Assembly: GCA_964577305.1 (NCBI GenBank)
Contig: CAZNYS010000005.1
Coordinates: 36,193-100,192, forward strand
Length of the DNA: 64,000 nt
Direction: 5' to 3'
Origin: an uncultured Rikenellaceae bacterium
GTDB taxonomy: Bacteria; Bacteroidota; Bacteroidia; Bacteroidales; VadinHA17
Part shown: one piece after another, positions 7,535 through 16,592 of the stretch
How the letters are laid out: the number at the start of each line of letters is the position of its first letter
Position numbering within the stretch: position 1 is the stretch's first letter
Position numbers and translations under genes: made by a program
Notes under the pieces: model-generated
Seen by the model: only the letters and a program-made list of their open reading frames with translations
The model's database searches: none
Told to the model about the DNA's origin: nothing

Positions 7535-9859
7535 TCATCTTCCTGAAGTATTAACAGTGAATTCAAACTCTTCGGGCGGTTCTGCCCCCATCAGGTGTTT
7601 GACAAAATAATCCCAGCGTCTGCGCATCATATACGGTTCATTACTGAAACCATGGCCCCTGTTTGGAAATAATATCAGGTCAAAGTCCTTATTAGCTGCA
7701 ATTAACTCATTTACAACCAGCAGCGTGTTATAGAATGGTACATTGGTATCCATTGTCCCGTGAGCAAGCAATAATTTCCCTTTAAGGTTGCCTGCCAGCA
7801 GCTGGTTTGCCTGGTTGTCATAATTGGTAGCTCCATCAGGATATTCTTCAAGTAATCCCTGCCATTTCTCACCCCAGTCATCTTCATAGTTCCTGTTATC
7901 ATGGTTACCAGCACAACTGACAGCCACCTTAAAGAAATCAGGATATCTCAGAATGGCATCGGTAGAAGCAAAACCTCCGCCTGAACTTCCATATATTCCA
8001 ACTTTATCTATATCAATCCATTTATGTCTTTCGGCCAGTTGTTTCATCCCTGTTATCTGGTCGGGCAGGCCATTATCCCCCATATTGCCGTAATATGTTT
8101 CGTGGAAGGATTTAGACCTCATCGGTGTACCCATTGCATTTATAGCCACAACGATAAATCCCAGTTCTGCAATTGCCTGGTTGTCGCCTCTTGAAGCATA
8201 AAAATTCATTGATCGAACGCTGCTTGACTGTGGTCCCGGGTAGATATAATTTATTATCGGGTACTTTTTTGACTCGTCGAAATCAGACGGTTTAAACATA
8301 AGTCCGTACAGGTCTGTTTCGCCGTCTCGTGCTTTCACACTGAAAGGAACAGGTGGCACCCATCCCCCGGCAATTAATTCAGAGATATCTGCCTTTTCCA
8401 GGTCGAGAACGGCATCGTTTTCAATATCCCTGAGAATTGTTACAGGTGGCTCCACAGGTGTTGAATAGCTGTCAACAAAATACGAACCATCAGGGCTGAG
8501 GGAAATACTGTGAAATGCACTGTCTGGTGTATGAAGCATGAATTCTGATCCATCAGTTCTGACGCTGTAGAGGTACTGGAAGTATGGATTACCGGGTTCG
8601 CGACCGGCACCGGTAAAGTATATGGTTTTCTTATCCTTATCTATATAAAGTACATCCAATACTCTCCACTCTCCTTCGGTTATCTGGTTTTTCAATTCAC
8701 CTGATGCAAGATCATGCAAATAAAGATGCCCCCAGTCGCTTTTTTGTGAATACCAGATAAACTCATTTGTTTCAGGCAATATATGCCAGTTTATCATATT
8801 ATGGCCCGATTCAAAAAAAGTTTCTTCAGTCTCTTCGAAAATATCCCCCACTCCACCTGTATACGGATCAGCAACTCTCATGATTTCATTCTTATGATCC
8901 CTTGATGTTGAAACGAAAGCCAGTAACGACCCGTCGGGGCTCCATTCAACATCAGCGAATTCTCCACCTCCTGTTACTATGTGATCAGCTATTGTTGACC
9001 TGTGCTGGTCAGGTTCCATCTTCAATCTTACAACTTTCTGATTATCTAAATGAATAACCACCCTGTGTATCCTGAATATTACGCTGTCTTCCGGCAAAGG
9101 ATATTTCCATATTTCCGGTACCGGATGTCCGACATTTGTTGTTGCAAGGTACATTTCACCCACCCCTCTGCCATCATGCTGAAATGTGGCTATCATACGC
9201 GAATCGGGCGACCATAAAAGCACCGGAGTTTCCCTTCGGGCCCAGCCTGCATTATTGGTGGCATATCCGAAATCCTCAATCCCGTCATAAGTAAGCTGGG
9301 TTTCCCTCCCCGAGTTAAGGTCTCTTACCCAGAGGTTATAATCCCTGATAAAAGCTGCTTTTGACTTATCGGGTGATAATACAGCATTCCTGGTATCATA
9401 GTTATTATCATCCTCTTTACTTAATACATTCTCATTTATGTTGTAACTAAATCCCTGCCCTTCAATACTGAAAGAAACAGATTCCAGGTCTTCAGAAAAA
9501 GTAACAGATCTGAATGGAAGTTCATAAGCTTTGAAATCTTTCCCCAGTTCACCAGAAAGCTGGTCTGCCAGCTTCTCATGATCAAAAGCTGTTATGCGTT
9601 CCATAGCTTCGGCATTGACAAGTATAAATTCATTACCATCCGGTATATGGTTGAGGTACCAGAAATGATTGTCATCTATCCACTGTGGCCTGACATCAGC
9701 ATTGTAGACCAATTGCGAGGTATGGGCTGTAAGCATGTTCTCAGCCCTCCTGTAATCACTTTCCTTTATTGCTTTAACACTGTGGTCGTTAACACAGCTA
9801 ACTGCCAGAAGAATTATTATTCCGGCGCTGATAAGAAAAGGTTTAAAAATTGTTTTCAT
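7535..9859 (-). CDS. Dipeptidyl-peptidase IV-like S9B serine peptidase
   Basis: 774 aa; signal peptide; DPPIV-type N-terminal propeller; catalytic GxSxGG (VGIYGSSGGGFAS); C-terminal HGTMDTNV and FPNRGHGF (Asp/His region). Confidence 0.85.
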   Translation of the reverse strand: MKTIFKPFLISAGIIILLAVSCVNDHSVKAIKESDYRRAENMLTAHTSQLVYNADVRPQWIDDNHFWYLNHIPDGNEFILVNAEAMERITAFDHEKLADQLSGELGKDFKAYELPFRSVTFSEDLESVSFSIEGQGFSYNINENVLSKEDDNNYDTRNAVLSPDKSKAAFIRDYNLWVRDLNSGRETQLTYDGIEDFGYATNNAGWARRETPVLLWSPDSRMIATFQHDGRGVGEMYLATTNVGHPVPEIWKYPLPEDSVIFRIHRVVIHLDNQKVVRLKMEPDQHRSTIADHIVTGGGEFADVEWSPDGSLLAFVSTSRDHKNEIMRVADPYTGGVGDIFEETEETFFESGHNMINWHILPETNEFIWYSQKSDWGHLYLHDLASGELKNQITEGEWRVLDVLYIDKDKKTIYFTGAGREPGNPYFQYLYSVRTDGSEFMLHTPDSAFHSISLSPDGSYFVDSYSTPVEPPVTILRDIENDAVLDLEKADISELIAGGWVPPVPFSVKARDGETDLYGLMFKPSDFDESKKYPIINYIYPGPQSSSVRSMNFYASRGDNQAIAELGFIVVAINAMGTPMRSKSFHETYYGNMGDNGLPDQITGMKQLAERHKWIDIDKVGIYGSSGGGFASTDAILRYPDFFKVAVSCAGNHDNRNYEDDWGEKWQGLLEEYPDGATNYDNQANQLLAGNLKGKLLLAHGTMDTNVPFYNTLLVVNELIAANKDFDLILFPNRGHGFSNEPYMMRRRWDYFVKHLMGAEPPEEFEFTVNTSGR

Positions 9860-9983
9860 AACATTTGCAAATTAAATTTCAGGATTTACTTTGAAAGTTA
9901 AGAATAAAATGAATACTTCAATATGTTAAATAAAATAGGTCAAAAAATGTATCTTAGGCATGTTAAAATAAAAAGATAATATA

Positions 9984-11216
9984 ATGAACAGATTACTTAT
10001 TCTTATTATGTCAGGAATACTGGTCCTGTCATACTCATGCGGAACCAGGGATCAGTCAGGCAAGAAACTGGAGGTTGAAAATTACTTTTCAGTTGACAGT
10101 TCTGAGATAGCTGTAATGGCATATTACATGGCCAGGAATAATTATGCACCGGAAGAAATACCGGTTGGAAATCTAACCCACATAATTTTTTCATTCACTG
10201 AAGTGATAGACAATAAGATGGCTTTTAAGCATCCTGAATCAGGGGAAAATCTCAGGCAACTGGTAATACAAAGACAAAGGAACCCTGGCCTGAAAGTAAT
10301 GGTCGCGTGCGGCGGATGGGGCGGATCGGGTGGATTCTCAGATATGGCTGCTACCGTGGAAAGTCGTATAATATTTGTTGAAAGCGTAATTGATTTTATC
10401 AATGAATATGATCTTGACGGATTGGATATAGATTGGGAATATCCGGGTTTACCGGGTATAGGTAATCCTTACCGGCCTGAAGACAAAGAGAATTTTACAG
10501 CTCTTATGAAAGAATTAAGGGAAGCAATGGACGCAACAGGGAAAAAGCTTACTCTTACATTTGCGGCAGCAGGATGGGATAAATATTTCGATAATATTGA
10601 AACTGTTGAAGTAATGAAATACGCTGATTATATAAATCTAATGACATATGACTTTGTTGGCGGAAATCAACCTTATACTGCCCACCATACAAACCTTGGC
10701 CTTATAAGCCTTGACGACCTGAAAGGGACTGCTTACATGCAACATATCAATAACAGCATAATAAATAAGGATGAACCGGACTGGCAGCCCAGATCGATAG
10801 AAGGAATAGTGAATTTCTGTCTTGGACTTGGTGTCGATAAAGAACAGGTAGTAATAGGAGCTGCTTTTTATGGCAAGTCATGGAAGGTGAAAACGACAGA
10901 AAACAACGGTCTTTACCAGGCTGCCGAAGGTACCCAGAAGGGATGGGCATCATATGCTGCCATACGGGATAGTATGGAGAATAAGAATGGTTATACAAGG
11001 TTCTGGGACGAAAAAGCAAAAGCACCGTATATTTTCAATATGTCTGACAGCTTATTCATCACATATGATGATACCGTATCGGTAAGGCTTAAAGCCAGGT
11101 ATGCAATTGACAATAATCTGGGCGGCATTATGTTCTGGGAGCAGTCGCAGGACACGAAAAAGGAACACAGTCTGCTGGATATAATCTTTGACGAGGCGGG
11201 AAATGGTGAGAAGTGA
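9984..11216 (+). CDS. Glycoside hydrolase family 18 (chitinase / endo-beta-N-acetylglucosaminidase-like) lipoprotein
   Basis: GH18 catalytic motif DGLDIDWEYPG; lipobox LVLSYSCG. Confidence 0.85.
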   Translation: MNRLLILIMSGILVLSYSCGTRDQSGKKLEVENYFSVDSSEIAVMAYYMARNNYAPEEIPVGNLTHIIFSFTEVIDNKMAFKHPESGENLRQLVIQRQRNPGLKVMVACGGWGGSGGFSDMAATVESRIIFVESVIDFINEYDLDGLDIDWEYPGLPGIGNPYRPEDKENFTALMKELREAMDATGKKLTLTFAAAGWDKYFDNIETVEVMKYADYINLMTYDFVGGNQPYTAHHTNLGLISLDDLKGTAYMQHINNSIINKDEPDWQPRSIEGIVNFCLGLGVDKEQVVIGAAFYGKSWKVKTTENNGLYQAAEGTQKGWASYAAIRDSMENKNGYTRFWDEKAKAPYIFNMSDSLFITYDDTVSVRLKARYAIDNNLGGIMFWEQSQDTKKEHSLLDIIFDEAGNGEK

Positions 11217-11226
11217 ACCACTCGAT

Positions 11227-11404
11227 GGGGCTGTCTCATAAGTCCTCTAACTACCCCCTCCTCGACCTTACGGTCGGGATACCCCTCCTTTCAAAAGGAG
11301 GGGAAATGGCTGATATACAATACTATAACTTTCTCCTCCTCTTTAGAGGAGGAGTACCCTGACCGACAGGTCAGGGGGAGGTGGTAGACTTATGAGACAG
11401 CCCC
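11227..11404. repeat. 178-bp nested palindromic element: 18-bp perfect outer stem enclosing four hairpins
   Basis: The outer stem is ggggctgtctcataagtc (11227..11244) pairing with gacttatgagacagcccc (11387..11404). The inner hairpins are at 11263..11276 (cgacc/ggtcg), 11282..11303 (cccctcctt/aaggagggg), 11333..11354 (ctcctcctc/gaggaggag) and 11357..11376 (ccctgacc/ggtcaggg). The element fills the convergent intergenic space. Confidence 0.8.
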
Positions 11405-11417
11405 AATCAAGATGAGA

Positions 11418-11810
11418 CTAGAACAACTCCTTGGGGAATAGCACATCCTCTCCTTTTATGGCACCGTGCAAACGGTAATATACTTCTCCGGTGTTTGATT
11501 CAAGAAAAAAGTTCCACTGGTTAATCCCCGGGGTTTCTGAATGCGTCCTCCTCAGATAAAGTCTTTCATTAATATTTAATTCCAGCTCACCATTCACATA
11601 AATACCTATTTTACCATAATTGGATTCCATTGTGGTTTTCAGCCAGACGACATCAGGATCAAGCAATCCTTCACCTTCAACACGACGGTAATCAAGTAAA
11701 TTACCCACATACTTGCGTGTAACCATAAGCTGTTCCTCCTGAAAGCCAGGCTCACTGACCGAGCAGGCATTAATTATCACTAAAATCATTATAAGTCCAG
11801 CGATCTTCAT
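11418..11810 (-). CDS. Small lipoprotein, unknown function
   Basis: 130 aa; signal plus lipobox (VIINACS); no recognisable motif. Confidence 0.55.
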   Translation of the reverse strand: MKIAGLIMILVIINACSVSEPGFQEEQLMVTRKYVGNLLDYRRVEGEGLLDPDVVWLKTTMESNYGKIGIYVNGELELNINERLYLRRTHSETPGINQWNFFLESNTGEVYYRLHGAIKGEDVLFPKELF

Positions 11811-12112
11811 ATTTTTAAAATCATAACAATTAATATCAAATTTAAGAACTTCTGGTAAATATTTAAAATTCTTATTTATTTGAATGAAACAAGAGGATTA
11901 AACCTGAAATAATCCAGGAGTGCTCTGACCGAGATAATGCTTTTAGACACTCCATTAAATCCAGTGTAATTCTGCATTAATTTATGTGTAAATAAAATTC
12001 CAATTATCAATGTAAAATCATATATTTGTTTAATAAGTTCATATATGATTACTTTATGTAAACAATGTTGAATATATTATTTGTGAGTTACACAACATTA
12101 AATCCTAAAGCC

Positions 12113-14434
12113 ATGAAATTCTTTTTAAGATCCTCCTTTCGAATTTACATCATTTTCCCTTTGCTACTAATGATGCTTGGCTCCTGTGGCCAGAAACTAA
12201 TCATCCTGGATCAGTATGCAAGACTTGATATAAGGGAAGCCGGAGAGAATAGTGTCAGGATCACTCTTGTACCAACTGGTTTTGAGAGGGAATTTCCCTA
12301 TACACCAGCTATTGCTGACCGCGAATATCCCGACGCTTCGATTAGTTTACACAGGCTGGGGAGAGCACTAAATAAAAAGGTGGGCAATCTATTAGTTGAG
12401 GTTGCCAATAATCCGCTCAAGGTAAAAGTAACCGATGAAGATGGTAGTGTTATTCAGGAATTAACCTTTCTGGAGAATGGAAGTATATCTTTCATGCTTG
12501 ATGAATATCCGGTACTAGGCATGGGAGAAGGAGGGCCCAGGATGGGCGAAGACTGGAAAAATGAACCAATAGAATTTGACCGAAGAGGAAGATTGCATAA
12601 AATGGAACCGCGCTGGCAGTCAAATGCATATGGATCACGTAATCCTGTTGCCATGCTTGTCGGCACAGGAGGGTGGGGAATATTTGTAGCCACGCCATGG
12701 GTTCAGGTTGATCTTAGTAATGAAAAGCAGGGACAGTTTATCCCGAGAAGTTCCTTGAACCCTGAGAACGAAAAGCAAACTCAGAAAAACCAGCAACAGA
12801 ATACCGGGAAAGGAGTACCTCCTCCTGAATATGAAATTCCAGGAGTATACGATCTTTATATTTTTGATGCCAATAACCCTGCAAATCTAATGAAAGACCT
12901 GTCAGGAATTGCTGGCCAGGCTGTTATGCCTCCCAAATGGTCCCTCGGCTATATGCAATCTCACAGGACTCTTGAAGATGAGGACCAGATGATAGAAATA
13001 GTGGAAACCTTCAGGGAAAAACAAATACCTGTTGATGCTGTAATCTATCTCGGAACAGGATTCTGCCCAAGAGGATGGAATACTAAACAGCCTTCTTTCG
13101 ACTTTAATCCTGAAGTTTTTAAGCGGGATCCTTCTGAAGTAATTAATGATCTTCACGATCTGAATGTGAAAGTTTCCGTACACATTGTACCATGGGATCG
13201 CGATAAACTTCCAACACTGCATGGATCAATACCACCAAAGCATGGTGAAGAGCTTGATGAGTCTCATATACTTAACTACTGGAAACAACATATTGAACTG
13301 GTGAACAGCGGCATTGATGCATGGTGGCCAGATGAGGGTGACTGGTTTAATCTTCATGAGCGTATGAATAGACATCAAATGTACTATCAGGGCCCAATAT
13401 ACACTACCCCAGATGTCCGTCCATGGAGTCTGCATCGCAATGGTCACCTGGGTATAGCGCGATGGGGTGGTTGGGTATGGTCAGGTGATACTCAATCATC
13501 ATGGAAAACTCTGGAAGGGCAGATCGCAGTGGGTATAAATCATTCCCTGAGTCTGTCACCCTACTGGGGTTCTGATATTGGAGGTTTTTATCCGGGAGAG
13601 AATTACACAGGGGAGATGTACGCTCGCTGGTTTCAATTCGGTGCATTCTGCCCATCATTCCGTTCACATGGAAGGACATGGTGGACATCCCTCCCGTGGG
13701 GATTCGGCCTGAGTGAAATGGGGCCGCTGGAAAACAGGGGAAAAGAACCGAGTATTACTGAGCTTAACAATCCAACTATTGAACCTGTTTGCAGACAATA
13801 TGATGAACTTAGATATCAGCTGCTTACTTATAACTATACTCTTGCCTGGGAAGCTCGTCAGACAGGTATGCCTTTTATGAGGGCAATGTGGCTTCATTAT
13901 CCGGATGATAAAATTGCCATAGGAAACGGAAGGCAGTATCTTTGGGGAAGAGACATGCTTATAGCTCCTGTATTTGAACCAAATGCAACCCAATGGGAAG
14001 TATATCTTCCAGAAGGGAAATGGTACGATTGGTTTACAAACAGCATCCATGACGGTGGTCAGACAATTTCACGGAAGGTCGATCTTACGATCATGCCTAT
14101 ATATGTCAGGGCCGGAGCTATTATTCCATTTGATCCTATAAGACAATATGTTGATGAGGAAGTTCCAGATCCTGTTACAATAAGAATCTATACAGGCAAT
14201 GATGGAAACTACACTCTTTATGAAGATGACGGAATTAGTAATGAATATCTTGAAGGAGAATACAGTCTTACTAATTTCACATGGCAGGATAGTAACAGAA
14301 AGTTGATTATTGAGCCAGAAGTGTCGACCAATCAATCGGAGTTTGGTGAAAAACTTTACAGGATTCTTATTTTGCCGGAAGGAATAACGAAAGATATAAT
14401 ATATAATGGAATACGTGAAGAATTTAATTTCTGA
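12113..14434 (+). CDS. Glycoside hydrolase family 31 (alpha-glycosidase)
   Basis: ATG at 12113 (MKFFLRSS signal) within track ORF 12065..14434. GH31 motifs KWSLGYMQSHRT, AWWPDEGDW (nucleophile region), GSDIGGF (acid/base region), RSHG. Confidence 0.8.
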   Translation: MKFFLRSSFRIYIIFPLLLMMLGSCGQKLIILDQYARLDIREAGENSVRITLVPTGFEREFPYTPAIADREYPDASISLHRLGRALNKKVGNLLVEVANNPLKVKVTDEDGSVIQELTFLENGSISFMLDEYPVLGMGEGGPRMGEDWKNEPIEFDRRGRLHKMEPRWQSNAYGSRNPVAMLVGTGGWGIFVATPWVQVDLSNEKQGQFIPRSSLNPENEKQTQKNQQQNTGKGVPPPEYEIPGVYDLYIFDANNPANLMKDLSGIAGQAVMPPKWSLGYMQSHRTLEDEDQMIEIVETFREKQIPVDAVIYLGTGFCPRGWNTKQPSFDFNPEVFKRDPSEVINDLHDLNVKVSVHIVPWDRDKLPTLHGSIPPKHGEELDESHILNYWKQHIELVNSGIDAWWPDEGDWFNLHERMNRHQMYYQGPIYTTPDVRPWSLHRNGHLGIARWGGWVWSGDTQSSWKTLEGQIAVGINHSLSLSPYWGSDIGGFYPGENYTGEMYARWFQFGAFCPSFRSHGRTWWTSLPWGFGLSEMGPLENRGKEPSITELNNPTIEPVCRQYDELRYQLLTYNYTLAWEARQTGMPFMRAMWLHYPDDKIAIGNGRQYLWGRDMLIAPVFEPNATQWEVYLPEGKWYDWFTNSIHDGGQTISRKVDLTIMPIYVRAGAIIPFDPIRQYVDEEVPDPVTIRIYTGNDGNYTLYEDDGISNEYLEGEYSLTNFTWQDSNRKLIIEPEVSTNQSEFGEKLYRILILPEGITKDIIYNGIREEFNF

Positions 14435-14491
14435 TTTATTTAAAAATTTCTCTTTGGTATCCGTAATAACCCAAACTGTAAAATATTCAAT

Positions 14492-16435
14492 ATGAAAAGA
14501 AATTCGATATTTAGTATTGTTTATCTATTCCTTGGTATACTTATCGTAAGTGTTGGATGTAATAGTGCCAGAATGGATGATTATGATTACCCTATAAGGC
14601 CGGTCCCTTTTACTGATGTTGAAATAAAAGATGATTTCTGGGCACAAAGGATGAAAACCAATCATGAAGTTACTATTCCCCTTGCGCTAAATAAAATAAT
14701 AAACGATGGAAGGCTGGGAGACGACGAACGGTTTGCTGATCGTTTTATGGATGTATTTAAAGTTGTTGAAGGAGTATGTTATTCCCTGCATACATTCCCT
14801 GATCCCAGGTTGGAAAACTATGTTGATTCAATCATCTGGCTTATTGGATTGGCTCAGGAAGATGATGGATATTTGTACTGTCATCCCCGTATCGGTCACA
14901 AAAGATGGGTACGAACCCATGTATCAACTCATGAGCTCTATAATATGGGACTTCTGCATGAAGCAGCAGTTGCCCATTATCAACTTACAGGAAAAAGAAA
15001 CCTCTTGGACATTGCTATTAAGAATGCTGACCTGATAATAGATGAATTGGGTCCAGGAAAATTTGAAACTTACCCGGGTCATCAGGGAATATGTATGGGT
15101 CTTACAAAATTATACCGTGTGACAGGTGATAAAAGGTATCTGGAACAGGCCAGGTATTTTCTTGATACAAGGGGTGTCGACAGTGTCGGGAAACCTCCCA
15201 TCCGGTATAGCTCTGAAAAGACTACCTACAATCAGTCACATAAACCAGTTATTGATCAGACTGAGGCTGTTGGGCATGCGGTGAGGGCATTATATATGTA
15301 TGCAGGAATTGCTGATGTTGCAGCCCTGTCTGGTGATAGTGCCTATATGAATGCTATTGATCGGATATGGGAAGATTTCACCGGCAAAAAGTTATATATT
15401 ACAGGTGGTGCAGGCTCCAAAGGTGGTAATGAGGGCTTCGGACCTCCATACGAACTCCCCAATTCAACCGCTTATTGTGAAACCTGTGCTGGAGTTGCCA
15501 ATGTGTTCTGGAATCACAGACTTTTTCTTTTACATGGTGAAGCTAAGTATATAGATGTTATGGAACGTTCGCTATATAATAATGTATTATCAGGTATATC
15601 TCTGACGGGGGACAGTTTCTTTTACACAAACCGCCTGGAATCGAATGGCAGGGATGCCCGGAGAGAATGGTTCACATGGTCGTGCTGCCCGACAAATATA
15701 GTGCGGTTAATGCCTTGCCTGCCAGGTTATATATATGCTTACGATGAGGATGATATTTATGTTAATCTTTTTGTGAGCAGTGAGACTTCAATTAATCTTG
15801 GTGGTAACGCAGTTGGTTTAAACCAGGTCAGTGGTTTCCCATGGAGTGGTAATGTAAAACTGGAACTCAGTCCTGAAAAGCCATGTGAATTCAGTTTACG
15901 TGTTAGGATACCCGGATGGTCATTAGACCAACCTGTTCCAGGTGATCTATATACATTTGTTGATGAAGCCAGAGATATGCCAGTTCTGAAAGTGAACGGT
16001 GAACAATATCCTGTTACTATGGATAAGGGTTATACAGTTGTAACCAGGAAATGGAGAGAGGGAGATATTGTTGAACTGGATTTACCAATGGAAATAAGAA
16101 AAATCAAATCACACCCTAAGATAGAAGCAAATAAAAGCAGTCTGGCACTTCAGCGTGGGCCTCTTGTTTATTGTGCAGAGTGGCCGGATTATGATGATAA
16201 ATGTGTTTTTGATATAATCATTGATGAAAAGACAACATTAAATGCTGAACACAGGCCAGATTTACTTGGAGGACTAACTGTAATTACGGGTGAGGCCAAG
16301 GGCAGTAAGCGTTTACTTAATGGTAGTCCGGTTATTTATGATAAAGATTTTACAGCGATTCCTTATTATGCATGGGCCCATCGTGGTGAAGGTCAAATGA
16401 TAGTTTGGTTTGATGAAGGTCCCGCAGGAAATTAA
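14492..16435 (+). CDS. Glycoside hydrolase family 127 (DUF1680, beta-L-arabinofuranosidase-like)
   Basis: 647 aa. YCETCA and WSCCPTNIVR cysteine motifs are characteristic of the HypBA1 family. Confidence 0.75.
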   Translation: MKRNSIFSIVYLFLGILIVSVGCNSARMDDYDYPIRPVPFTDVEIKDDFWAQRMKTNHEVTIPLALNKIINDGRLGDDERFADRFMDVFKVVEGVCYSLHTFPDPRLENYVDSIIWLIGLAQEDDGYLYCHPRIGHKRWVRTHVSTHELYNMGLLHEAAVAHYQLTGKRNLLDIAIKNADLIIDELGPGKFETYPGHQGICMGLTKLYRVTGDKRYLEQARYFLDTRGVDSVGKPPIRYSSEKTTYNQSHKPVIDQTEAVGHAVRALYMYAGIADVAALSGDSAYMNAIDRIWEDFTGKKLYITGGAGSKGGNEGFGPPYELPNSTAYCETCAGVANVFWNHRLFLLHGEAKYIDVMERSLYNNVLSGISLTGDSFFYTNRLESNGRDARREWFTWSCCPTNIVRLMPCLPGYIYAYDEDDIYVNLFVSSETSINLGGNAVGLNQVSGFPWSGNVKLELSPEKPCEFSLRVRIPGWSLDQPVPGDLYTFVDEARDMPVLKVNGEQYPVTMDKGYTVVTRKWREGDIVELDLPMEIRKIKSHPKIEANKSSLALQRGPLVYCAEWPDYDDKCVFDIIIDEKTTLNAEHRPDLLGGLTVITGEAKGSKRLLNGSPVIYDKDFTAIPYYAWAHRGEGQMIVWFDEGPAGN

Positions 16436-16503
16436 AGGATTCTGTTCCATTTAATAAATCCTATACATTTCAGGTTAGAATGTTTGTATTAAAAAGAAAG
16501 CAA

Positions 16504-16534
16504 AAGAAAGGGCTCTGCAATAGAGCCCTTTCTT
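16504..16534. terminator. Bidirectional hairpin between convergent GH127 and GH31 genes
   Basis: aagaaagggctct gcaat agagccctttctt: 13-bp perfect stem, 5-nt loop. Confidence 0.7.
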
Positions 16535-16592
16535 ACCCAATCTAAACCCCATGATCAACCCGAATCATGAACCTAAATTCATATATCCAATA

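Noticed and set aside
11306-11362. 18-codon ORF (MADIQYYNFLLLFRGGVP) preceded by AAGGAGG inside the nested palindrome
   Set aside because: Both the SD-like tract and the ORF are by-products of the purine/pyrimidine hairpin arms. Bacteroidota rarely use SD-led initiation, and there is no supporting conservation.
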